Positions 23,451-35,062 are shown, counted from the first letter of the stretch. The stretch is 36,434 nucleotides of DNA from Octopus sinensis (GCF_006345805.1 NW_021824653.1:1-36434); one strand, 5' to 3'. The notes: generated from the sequence alone by a model not told the origin. Numbers and translations: made by a program.

Positions 23451-24097
23451 AAGGCGGTGAGCTGGCAGAAACGTTAGCATGCCGGGGCGAAATGCGTAGC
23501 GGTATTTCGCCTGCCGCTACGTTCTGAGTTCAAATCCCGCCAAGGTCGACTTTGCCTTTCATCCTTTCGGAGTCGACTAAATAAGTACCTATTTCTTTAT
23601 TACCCACAAGGGGCTAAACACAGAGGGGACAAACAAGGACAGACATAGGTATTAAGTCGATCACATCGACCCCAATGCGTAACTGGTACTTAATTTATCG
23701 AACCCGAAAGGCAAAGTCGACCTCGGCGGAATTTGAACTCACAACGTAATGCAGACGAAATACCGCTAAGCATTTCGCCCGGCGTGCTAACGTTTCTGCC
23801 AGTTCGCCTAAATAAGTACCAGTTACGCACTGGGGTCGATATAATCGACTTTATCCGTTTGTCTGTCCTTGTTTGTCCCCTCTATGTTTAGCCCTTTGTG
23901 GGTAGTAAAGAAATAGGTATTTCGTCTGCCGTTACGTTCTGAGTTCAAATTCCGCCGAGGTCGACTTTGCCTTTCATCCTTTCGGGGACGATAAATTAAG
24001 TACCAGTTACGCACTGGGGTCGATGTAATCGACTCACTCCCTTTGTCTGTCCTTGTTTGTCCTCTCTGTGTGTAGCCCCTTGTGGGTAGTAAAGAAA
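23451..24097 (+). mobile_element. SINE family B (head plus two bodies) interrupted by an inverted family B copy
   Basis: Outer TSD TAAGAG(T/C)ATAACCAGT at 23431-23446 and 24098-24113; inner minus-strand copy at 23590-23808 with TSD TAAATAAGTACC at 23578-23589 and 23809-23820. Confidence 0.9.
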
Positions 24098-24459
24098 TAA
24101 GAGCATAACCAGTTCCGATCACGACCACCTCGTCATATTTAGTCCCTCTGGAATCTAGTTTACATTATCTATTGTGTCCTTCATATTGTTTAGACAGGTG
24201 TGAATCTGATACAGCTGACATATTATCAAAGACATACCAGCCATGACTAATCCATCTGTTTTATGTCGCTTTCTTTTTATCAATCCCTGTAAACAGTTTG
24301 CTGTTATCGTTTTTGTTTACTCAAAGGGAACCCTGGTCGAGCAGACCTATGATCTAGCGTATTCCAGTAATGACCATCTCGTCTGTTATATGTGGTTCGT
24401 ATGAGTAACTGTACATTCAGGATCGATTTGTCCTTTGATATGGTTGTTATTGGTGCTGT

Positions 24460-24680
24460 TGTTGTTGTTGTTAGTGATGGTGGTGGTGGTGGTGGTGGTA
24501 ATGGTGGTGGTGGTGGTGGTGGTAATGGTGGTGGTGGTGGTGGTGGTAGTGGTGGTGGTGGTGGATGGTGGTGGTGGTGGTGGTGGTGGTGGTGGTGGTG
24601 GTGGTGGTGGTGGTGGTGGTAGTGTTGGTGGTGGTGGTGATAGTGTTGATGTTGTTGTTGGTGATGGTGGTGATGCTGCT
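24460..24680. repeat. (GGT)n microsatellite, G-rich
   Basis: Direct inspection. Confidence 0.95.
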
Positions 24681-24999
24681 GCTGTGTTTAGTCCTAGATC
24701 AATACTTTGATCTTATGAAAGCCATTCCTGGAATGACCACACTGTCTTTTGTGTTCGAACACATTCAACTAGACTCACATTACCTATTGTGTCCTTGTTG
24801 CTATTGATGTTGCTTGACCCTAGGTCATCTCCGACGAACAGAGCTATAATCAAAGACATTCCATCCATTACCATCACGTATTTATGCCAGAAACAGAAAA
24901 TCCAGGATCATACTAACCAATGAGTCATTGTTCTTAATGTATTTACTTTCATTAAGCAGATCAATGATCAATGATATTCTAACGGTAACCCCACACCAC

Positions 25000-25419
25000 C
25001 TTAAGGCGGCGAGCTGGCAGAATCGTTAACGCGTCGGGCGAAATGCTTAGCGGTATTTCGACTACCGTTACATTCTGAGTTCAAATTCCGCCGAGGTCGA
25101 CTTTGCCTTTCATCCTTTCGGGGTCGATAAATTAAATACCAGTTACGCACTGGGGTCGATATAATCGACTTAATCCCTTTTTCTGTCCATGTTTGTCCCC
25201 TCTATGTTTAGCCCCTTGTGGGTAATAAAGAAATAGGTATTTCGTCTGTCATTACGTTCTGAGTTCAAATTCTGCCGAGGTCGACTTTGCCTTTCATCCT
25301 TTCGGGGTCGATAAATTAAGTACCAGTTACGCACTGGGGTCGATATAATCGACTTAATACATATGTCTGTCCATGTTTGTCCCCTCTGTGTTTAACCCCT
25401 TGTGGGTAATAAAAAAATA
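25000..25419 (+). mobile_element. SINE family B, head plus two bodies, 15-bp TSD
   Basis: TSD GGTAACCCCACACCA at 24984-24998 and 25420-25434. Confidence 0.92.
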
Positions 25420-25621
25420 GGTAACCCCACACCATCTCTTTACCTGGAAGTATAGTCTACTTGGAATACATTATCCAATGTGTCTACGGCGGTTTGTGAT
25501 ATGAGGAAGTTTCCGCTGTTATTTCTATCAAATAAAGCGATAACGTAGGCGCTTCTTTCTTATGATGTCTTGCAAGAACCAGTCATTCAAGATGTGTGTG
25601 TGCGCGTTCTGTCCTAAGATA

Positions 25622-26222
25622 TCTATATATATAAAAGTGAGGTTGTGTGCTGTCTGTCTCCTACGATTTAGATTCCTAACTACTCCCATATTTTGCGGTG
25701 CAGTTTAACCAAAAGCGGGTATCTTATAGTCGTGATTCATATCGAGCCCGTCTGGGTATTAGCGCGCGTCTACGATGAGTCTACGATTCAAAAAAAATTT
25801 ACCATAATTTTTTTTCCATTTTTAATGCATTTTTTGCTATTATATAGGGGAAGTAACTCTCTAAAAATGTCTACGATGAGTCTACGATTTAAAAAAAATT
25901 TACCATAATTTTTTCCATTTTTAATGCATTTTTTTGCTATTACATAAGGGAAGTAACTCTCTAAAAATGTCTACGATGAGTCTACGATTCAAAAAAATTT
26001 ACCATAATTTTTTTTCCATTTTTAATGCATTTTTTGCTATTATATAAGGGAAGTAACTCTCTAAAAATGTCTACGATGAGTCTACGATTTTAAAAAAATT
26101 TACCATAATTTTTTTCCATTTTTATTGCATTTTTTCCTATTATATAAGGGAAGTAACTCTCTAAAAATGCTTATATAGTTATTTCCCTTACAAACCCGAG
26201 CAACGCCGGGCGATACTGCTAG
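25622..26222 (+). mobile_element. Non-autonomous Helitron with internal 100-bp minisatellite
   Basis: 5' A|TCTATATATATAAAA; 3' hairpin CCCG-AGCAACGC-CGGG (26195-26210) then CTAG|T (26219-26223); four ~100-bp repeats start at 25768, 25869, 25969 and 26069. Confidence 0.88.
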
Positions 26223-26662
26223 TCTTACAATAATTGATTAGATGGTCAGTGAATCAGATATATTTGTCGGGGTCTGAATCTGTATCCAAGCTCTGTCTTT
26301 GTTATCTTACGTTGGCCGCTTATCCGAACGGTTAAGAATTTTGTTTTGCATTTACGATATCACTGGTTCAATTCCACTTCGTGGGATCATTGACTAGAGC
26401 CTCCGACTAACTTTAGTCTTGGGGGTGAAATAGGGTGGAAAGAAACTATGCAGAAGCCCGCTAGTTGCATTGCATCTATAACTTAAAGGTCCCGGCCTTG
26501 CTACACACTGTAACGCACTGATTCCACTTGAGAATTACGTAAACGGTACTCATAAAATGGTCCTACCTTTGCTCATTAACTCAGTGGGTTATGAGTTCAA
26601 CTCAGAGAACAACTGAATACTCATCGCCGAGAGCGATGGAGATCCATTTACGAAACTTTACA

Positions 26663-26848
26663 TACTCTTTACTCTTTTTACTCTTTTACTTGTTTCAGTC
26701 ATTTGACTGCGGCCATGCTGGAGCACCGCGCCTTTAATCGAGCAACTCGACCCCGTGCCGAACCGCTAAGTAACGGGGACGTAAACACACAGCATCGCTT
26801 GTCAAGCAATGCTAGGGGGACAAACACAGACACACAAACACACACACA

Positions 26849-26906
<58 letters not shown>

Positions 26907-27073
26907 ATACAACGGGCTTCTTTTTGTTTCCGTCAACCAAATCCACTCACAAGGCATTGGTCGGCCTGAGGCTATAGTAGAAGACACCTGCCCAAGGTGC
27001 CACGCAGTGGGATTGAACCCGGAACCATGTGTTTGGTTAGCAAGCTACTTACCACACAGCCACTCCTGCACCT
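26663..27073 (-). mobile_element. SINE family A with internal deletion
   Basis: Head, CORE-like block and tail are present; the AATAAGT...GAGACC segment is deleted. Confidence 0.88.
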
Positions 27074-27317
27074 ATGTGTAGAAAAATCATTCACATTTTT
27101 GTAGAAAGCCATTCACATAATTTGCCCCTTACAAATTATCTGAAGTTATAAACTTCAGATAATTTGTCAAGGACAGAATGATTGTCCCGTCGCCTTCATT
27201 TGACTGGAGAAATCAGGCAGTTTTACCTGCTGAAAGCCTGAGCGAAAGACGCTGTGTTCGACGAGACTGAAAAGGCTGCAGACAGATGCGTCCCTCTTCG
27301 GCTATAACTTCATATAG

Positions 27318-27641
27318 TGAAGGCACATGGCTTAGTGGTTAGGGCATTCGGCTGGCGATTGTAAGGTCGTGAGTTCGATTTCCGGCGATGCGTTGTGTCC
27401 TTGAGCAAGACACTTTATTTCACGTTGCTCCAGTCCACTCAGCTGGCAAAAATGAGTTGTACCTGTATTTCAAAGGGCCGGCCTTGTCACAGTCTGTGTC
27501 ACGCTGAATCTCCCCGAGAACTACGTTAAGGGTACTCGTGTCTGTGGATTGCTCAGTCACTTGCACGTTAATTCCACGAGCAAGCTGTTCCGTTGATCGT
27601 ATCAGCTGGGACCCTCGTCGTCGTAACCGACGGAGTGCTCC
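27318..27641 (+). mobile_element. SINE family C1 (tRNA-like head, GTCCTTGAGCAAGACAC CORE-like block, shared 3' body)
   Basis: A/B boxes TGGCTTAGTGG and GAGTTCGATTT; TSD AACTTCATAT at 27306-27315 and 27647-27656. Confidence 0.85.
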
Positions 27642-28524
27642 TATACAACTTCATATTTCTTTACTTAAATCGCTGGAGAGGAAGTGCTATCTTACAGTAA
27701 ATTTCCCGAAAGGTGGATGAAAATGGCAAGCATGATCTGAGTGAATTGACCTGCTCTGAGCATGCGCCTCGGATTGGCAAAAGACATCTCGTAAAAAGCA
27801 TTTGCCTAAGAAATCAGGATGATCTAGTTTTTGTGGGGTACAATAGCAACAACAGCAACCACAGCAATCACGACAAGGACGCTGACTTCAAAGTGGTGGG
27901 GCCATTTCACAGCTTTAGGTCAGCTCTGAGTATAGACATTATCATCAAACGAAATCCAGCTCAGACCATCTCATCTTTTATTCATATCTATTAAGACCCT
28001 GTCGCCGTCTTGGTCTTGGTGGTATTGTAAATTTTAATGATTAGGCGACAATCCTAGTCATTTTGTTGACATAACGACGACATCAACATAATATTCCATG
28101 TTCCGACTAAACAATACGAAAGTACACCTGATACAGATGGAGCAAGTTCTGAAAATGGACAGGAGAGCTCACAAGTTGCGATCCCTGTTAAAGTGTTGGC
28201 TGAAACTATCCAGAAAACAGCAGTGTGTCACTGTGAATCAGTTTGACCGCATGACTGGTACGAACTGATTAGATTTTGGGATCGATCCGACACCGGACAA
28301 GGATTCTGGATTATTTTTCCGTTTTTTTTTTTTTAATTAATTTTTGAGAGCGGTCGAGTTCATTTTTAGTATTCTCGTTTGTGAGAGCAGTCGAGTTTAT
28401 TTCAGATATTCTCATTTTGAAACTCATCTCTATCTAATTGTTGAGAGGATGTTCGTGTTGCCTTGGCGGAGGTTTGCGCTCTCTGAGTACTCTTGTTATT
28501 ATTATTATTATCATTATTATTATT

Positions 28525-28846
28525 CAGTAGTTTTATTTTTATAGCGTGCTTTCACTTCACTACCGAGCACAGCTCTGTGTGCCTTGGGTATGTGCTGTGA
28601 TTTGTTGTGATGCTCTGATGGTTATTGTATGGAAAGTGTTCTGCGTAGGATGTGTGCAGTGCCTAGTAGTGCAATTTTCTGTATGTTATATGTGTTTGTA
28701 AGTCCTGGTGTTTTTGTTATGTATTTGTCTGAATATTTTTTTATCATGCCTAATGCACCTTTTATGATAGGAATTGTTTCTGTTTTTAGATTCCACATTC
28801 TGGTTACCTCTATTTCCAGGTCTTTGTATTTTGAAAGTTTCTCCAT
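28525..28846 (-). mobile_element. 5'-truncated R4/Dong-like (RLE-clade) non-LTR retrotransposon 3' end inside (TAA)n
   Basis: EKLSKYKDLEIEVTRMWNLKTETIPIIKGALGMIKK...QKIALLGTAHILRRTL is the typical C-terminus of the restriction-like endonuclease domain; 3' UTR follows; (AAT)n lies on both sides. Confidence 0.8.
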
Positions 28847-28860
28847 TTCTTCTTCTTCTT

Positions 28861-28957
<97 letters not shown>

Positions 28958-29380
28958 TATTATTAAGCGCATTCCATCATATTTCCATAGCACCCGACAA
29001 TTTTCAGTGGTTCCAACAACTCGATAGTCACATTTAACCCATCGGTTAGGAATCGCCACGAACACCGGAAATACACGAAATGTATACGTGTGTTTATGCG
29101 TGTCTGTACATATATAGAGATATATATAAAGGTATGTATTTACGTGAACAGCAGCAGACAAATGACTGAAACAAGTAAAAGAGTAAAAAAGAATACACAC
29201 AAACACCTACATATACGTATCTATATACATACATACTCACACATACATGAATATGTATTTACGTATGTGCATACATACAGCGTAATTTCCGGTTTTACAG
29301 TATTTGACGACACAAATTTGTGATTGGATATGTATATTTGAGTGCAGGTATGCATGTATTTACCGATGCTATATATCCAT

Positions 29381-29449
<69 letters not shown>

Positions 29450-29859
29450 AAACACATAAGGCAATACACAGCTTTGGACGACACACGTGTGTAAATCTGC
29501 GTCCTGGTATCTTGTGTGTGTTGGATGTTTCTGTATAAGAAAAACAAAAAAAAACAAAATTCAATATTTATCGAACCCGCGCCACCGTCCTCCCCTCACC
29601 AGAAAGCACCACCTAAATTAAATAGAAAACTTAGCCGATTCTCAGAATCCAATTTTCTGCTCAATGAATTTCAGTTCATATATTCGATGCATATTTATAA
29701 TCCGTATTTTTTTTAGGCCAGTGTATTGTTATCGCCTTCACAAATTCTTCCTCTATATTTTTGTAATTCTTACAAGAAAACCAATCACATTTTTATATTT
29801 CTATGTGCCTCTGTTTTCAATTAATCTGCCGATCACTGCATTTATCTATTTATAGGTTT

Positions 29860-29886
29860 ATCTGTCTATCTATCTATCTATCTATA

Positions 29887-29934
<48 letters not shown>

Positions 29935-29982
29935 AATCTATCTATCTATCAAGCTCTCTCCACTCTCTTTCTCTCTCTCTCG

Positions 29983-30013
<31 letters not shown>

Positions 30014-30254
30014 TATATATAATATACAGATACATATATACTATATATGATATAATATATAATATATATATATAGATATCATATAATATACAGATAATAT
30101 ATATATATATATATTATATATTATATATATATTAGATATACCTATATATATATATATACATACATATATATATATTCATATATATAGATATATATACATA
30201 TATATAATATATATACATATATCTAATATACATATATATATATATATAATATAG

Positions 30255-30285
<31 letters not shown>

Positions 30286-30308
30286 TATATTATATATATA
30301 TATATATG
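29860..30308. repeat. (TATC)n then (TA)n compound microsatellite
   Basis: Direct inspection. Confidence 0.95.
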
Positions 30309-30407
30309 TAACGGGAAAGTTTACGAAAATAAACAAAAGACGAAGGCAGGTGGAGTACAAACAAACAATTCTATTAGTATGGCGCTCAGGAATAGAAATA
30401 GAAAAAG

Positions 30408-30445
30408 TCTTTTACGTTTCGAGCCTACGCTCTTCGACAGAAAGA
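30408..30445 (-). ncRNA. Minimal hammerhead-like motif (A6U core variant)
   Basis: Minus strand: TCTTT-CTGTCGA-A-GAGC-GTAG-GCTC-GAAACGTA|AAAGA. Stem I 5 bp, stem II 4 bp, palindromic ACGT stem III, GUA triplet; the core deviates at A6. Confidence 0.6.
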
Positions 30446-30787
30446 TACACAGAAAATATACAAGGAGAGAAACAAGGGGAGAAAAAATGCTTGCAGGAGC
30501 TAACGATCTATCATGGCGTCCTGACTTATACTATACATATATATATGATATATATATATATATCTATATATATATATATATAATATATATAATGGTTGAA
30601 TGAATTATCCTTTGTTTACAGTTAGCATGGAAAATTCAATAAACAGTTACCATGGTAGCAACATTCACGCAAGTAACAAGGATGTAGCGACCTATTCAAA
30701 GGTAGAAACTCCGGGTTAATGTGCAGTAATTTGTGTAGTATGAGTAAATAAATGGAGTTGAACGCAGGTGTTATTCAAGTTCTTTTA

Positions 30788-30872
30788 CTTTCGACATATG
30801 TTTCGAAGACAACATTGGTTTTATTCCAAAGGAATAAACGGTGAAAAAAATGCAATCTTCTCATCGGGAAAG
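30788..30872 (-). ncRNA. Type I hammerhead ribozyme (U4C core) with long stem II
   Basis: Minus strand: stem I CTTTC/GAAAG; core CCGATGA 30867-30861; stem II GAAGA/TCTTC (G10.1-C11.1) extends to 11 of 12 bp and is capped by a TTTATTCC-TTT-GGAATAAA hairpin; GAAA 30804-30801; palindromic stem III ACATATGT; GUC, cut between 30793 and 30792. Confidence 0.85.
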
Positions 30873-31524
30873 AAAGAGAACCTATCTCAACAACAAGACA
30901 TTATAACAATATTGATGACTGCATAAATGATAAACAGAATATTATTAAGCATTAAAGAAACCGTTTGTAGAATCGACGTCAAAGGCAGATACTAGAAAGA
31001 GAAAGGTTAAAGAAATAATAAGTAGAGAACAAATAAAGAGGGATATATTGGTTGAAAAAATGTTCAAAGGCTTGGAAGTAGATTTCTCTACTGAAGTAAA
31101 GTGCAAGTTGAACTAAATATTCAAACTATAAAGACTGGTAAAATCACTTATATGAGCTAAAGGTATGTTTCTACCAGTGCTTACATTTGTAAGATCGCTC
31201 TATAAGTGTGTTAAGAAGGTGATTCTTAGAGAAGAGAATATGGAAGAGTTCAGAGTTGCAAATGTTACAAAATCATTTACCTTTATCATAAGGGAAAGAT
31301 ATGGACAGGATGAACCTATCTAACTTAAAAGTGTGTTACATATCCCAAGGCCCCAATAATTACAGGTATAAACCTAAAATGTAATCTCGATAGAGTAACT
31401 GCAAATTTCTTAATCGTCCAGCGTAGGTGTTTTCTTTTTCGTTGATCTTTAGCTTTATGTTAACATCCGCCGGACCTCTGATTTCCACAACTATACGCAG
31501 TATCTATTCTCCATCCCGAACCGA

Positions 31525-32100
31525 ATGTATGTATGTATGTATGTATGTATGTATGTATGTATGTATGTATGTATGTATGTATGTATGTGTGTGTGTGTAT
31601 GTATGTATATACGTATGTATGTATGTATGTATGTATGTATGTATGTATATATGTATGTACGTATGTATGAATGTATGTATGTATGTATGTATATATATGT
31701 GTGTATGTATGTATGTATGAATGTATGTATGTATGTATGTGTGAATGTATGTATGTGTGTATGTATGTATGTATGTATGTATGTTTGTATATATGTACGT
31801 ATGTATGTATGTGTGTATGTATGTTTGTATAAATGTATGTATGTATGTATGTATCTATGTATGTATGTACGTATGTATGAATGTATGTATGTGTGTGTGT
31901 ATGTATGTATGTATGTATCTATGTATGTATGTATATATGTATGTATGTATGTACGTATGTAGGTATGTACGTATGTATTAATGTATGTATGTGTGTATGT
32001 ATGTATGTATGTATGTGTGTGTATGTATGTATGTGTGTATGTATGTATGAATGTATGTTATGTATGTTATGTATGTATGTATGTATGTATGCATGTATGT
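31525..32100. repeat. (ATGT)n microsatellite
   Basis: Direct inspection; source of the MYVC pseudo-ORFs. Confidence 0.97.
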
Positions 32101-32570
32101 AGAGAGGAGATCAGTTGAATCAGATCGAAGCAAATCAACAGCGAATTACCTCCGCGTGTTTTGGTCAGATAATTTATTCTAAATATTCCAGGTAATTTAA
32201 CCAATCAAGTCAGTGTCCAATACAGAGCTGCATGAGTAGTTCACTGATGTCGGGCGTCCAGCAAATCCGAACATGTATCAAAGGAATAATTGATACATTC
32301 GATGCGGTGTAATTTTTAGTGGTTAGGATGAACCGAAAGGTTATTTTATTTACTGCGTTCCATGCCGATTAATGTAAATTAAATGGATTTAGATTAAAAT
32401 ATCTGAATTTAATCTAATTTGATTAACAGGTACCATTCTAGGTAGCACCGACTAAATTAATTCGTAATTGAAAATTTATCGCCAGTTTATACTTAACTTT
32501 ATTAGGAGCGATGATATATATATCGTTGGTAAACAAACCTAGCATTAGTAATTACAGTTCTTATATGCGT

Positions 32571-32606
<36 letters not shown>

Positions 32607-32929
32607 TGTGTGTGTACCTAAACATAACTGTATGTATGAATATGTGCGCATAGATTTGTGTATATATATGTATGTATGCGTATATATATATATATTAAGA
32701 TTAATGTAAAAAATAAATAACACTGAAGCAAAATAACACCAAATATATAGTGCGTGTGTTTTTATTGGCTAAACTGGCAATATGACCATTCCGAAATATA
32801 ACGATATATATATATATATATATATATATACCGGAGTAAACACATAAATGTGAAACAAGGTGGAAAAAAGAGTACTCAAATACCAGTGGTAGAGTAATAT
32901 GCTTTATTTAAAGCAGCAGAAAATTCAAC

Positions 32930-32977
32930 AAAACCTGTTACTCTTGAGTTTCCCGTTGCCGTTCATCGGACAGTTTT
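32930..32977 (-). ncRNA. Minimal hammerhead-like motif (U4C), stem II damaged
   Basis: Minus strand: AAAA-A-CTGT-CCGATGA-A-CGG-CAA-CGG-GAAA-CTC-AA-GAG-TA|ACAG-G-TTTT. Stem I is 4+4 bp, stem III ACTC/GAGT; one G-G mismatch in stem II. Confidence 0.6.
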
Positions 32978-32979
32978 TG

Positions 32980-33012
<33 letters not shown>

Positions 33013-33617
33013 TCATTCAACATACTACTGTCATGGTACTCCCACATTCTTCTTCTTCTTCTTCTCTACCAAGAATTCACAACAACCTCGAACCCACAAA
33101 AGTAAACAAGAGAGACAGAAAAAAATTTTCTTTTAATTTTTTCAAAATTTAATTATTTTTACATACTTACAGAAGAAAATGTCTCAATGACTCAAAACGG
33201 TACTGAAATGTTTTTTATAAAATTATTTTAGCATTTTCTATCTTGACTTTTTTTCCATATATATATATTCATTCAACATACTACTGTCATCGTACTCCCA
33301 CATTCCTCTTCTTCAGAATATAATAATGGCATTAGAGCAGCAATTTTGAGGGGAGGGGATTTGTTGCTACCATCGATCATATTGACTGGTGCTATATTTT
33401 ATCAAAGGTGAAGCCAAAATTTTGACGTCGGCGAGATTTGAACTCAGAACACAAGAGTTGGAACAAAAATCGCAAGGCCGACGCTCTAGCAACTTCGCCA
33501 GCTTGTCTAGAACATTTTTGCGGTTTATGAACACAATTTGAAAGTGGAATATACAATCAGCATTGAAATTTTGAAAAACAAAATCCACAATCGTAATCGC
33601 AGTATATATACATAGGG

Positions 33618-34010
33618 TGGAGGCGCAATGGCCAAGTGGTTATGGCAGCGGACTCGCGGTCGTAGGATCGTGGTTTCGATTCCCAGACCGGGCGTTGTGA
33701 GTGTTTATTGAGCGAAAACACCTAAAAGCTCCACGAGGCTCCGGCAGAGGATGGTGGTGATCCCTGCTGTACTTTTTCACCACAACTTTCTCTCACTCTT
33801 ACTTCCTGTTTCTGTTGTACCTGTACTTCAAAGGGCCGTCCTTGTCACTCTCTGTGTCACGCTGAATATCCCCGAGAACTACGTTAAGGGTACGCGTGTC
33901 TGTGGAGTGCTCAGCCACTTACACGTTAATTTCACGAGCAGGCTGTTCCGTTAATCGGATCAACCGGAACCCTCGTCGTCGTAACCGACGGAGTGCTTCC
34001 ATCCCATCCC
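33618..34010 (+). mobile_element. SINE family C2 (tRNA-like head, module M, shared 3' body, (ATCCC)n tail)
   Basis: TSD ATATATACATAGGG at 33604-33617 and 34011-34024; A/B boxes TGGCCAAGTGG and GGTTTCGATTCC. Confidence 0.88.
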
Positions 34011-34139
34011 ATATATACATAGGGCGTTCGGGTTAAATTTGATACGCTTCCAAGCTAAAGGGAAAAAAAACATAAGATCCCATCCAAAAAATAAAATTGT
34101 ATTTAAAAAATTAGAACTTATCAAGTAGATTATGGCTGG

Positions 34140-34740
34140 GAGATAACAGTTTACTCAAAGAAGTCACCCTCAGCTTCCACCATGCTCTTAAGACGGCTTC
34201 GGAGTCTGGCGCATGCGTTCCTCGCTGTGTCCCTTGGAAGATCTTGGAACATTTTCATCTTGGTCACCAGCTCGGCCTTGGTGATGCAGGTACAGAGGTT
34301 GGTGTCTTTCTCAATCGCATCCCACTCATCGGGGATGTGATTGAGAATTCCATCGGAGGAATTAGGAAGCCAGACATTAGGGCTCGTGAAGCAATAGAAA
34401 TTCTCCGACAACCACTTCTGACTCTTTCCGGAGGTTTGGTCAGGAGACGAAACCTACTGCCACACATGGCCTTCCACCAAAACCCACTCCAGCAAGGTTT
34501 TAACCACAGTCTCCACCAGCTTCATACAAACGTTTATAGAGGGCAAAGCCTTGTTCAAAGATGTGGGTTGATGTAACGTCACACTCACTGAAGACACCCT
34601 GAAAGACCACCACAGTCTGGAATATCTTGGGCTTCAGGATGTCAAAATCGCATCCTACAGTCTTTACGGTGTTCAACGGGTATTGAGCTGCATTCAAGTT
34701 GTCAGCATTTTGATATCCGGTGCGAATCATTATGATACAG
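34140..34740 (-). mobile_element. Decayed Tc1/mariner transposase (likely DD37D/maT type)
   Basis: Fragments QTVVVF..V.SE.DV...HIFEQG, TSGKSQKWLSENFY.FTSPNVWLPNS.D and KDTN....TKAEL...DLPRDTARNACARLRSRL..MVEAEGDFFE; multiple frameshifts. Confidence 0.85.
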
Positions 34741-35014
34741 TTAACTCATTTCCAATTTCCAAATGGCTTCTAGTCTGTTAACTTTTTCTCAACTACATCT
34801 TTAATCTTTATGCACTCCAACGCCGTCGACTGTTCACCAATACATGAAGCTGTTCCTGAAAATAGGAGACACAAAACATTGTTAAATTCTGCCCGAACAC
34901 CATTTATATATATGTGTGTGTGTGTAGTAATGTAGGTGTTTATACTTATATTTGTGTATGTGCACGTATATGTTTGTGTGTGTGTGTGTGTTTGTGTGTG
35001 TTTGTGTGTGTGTA

Positions 35015-35062
<48 letters not shown>

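Noticed and set aside
32240-32281. CTGATGT-CGG...CCG-AACATGTA|TCAA
   Set aside because: A9 changed, GAAA incomplete and stem I mismatched; too many defects.
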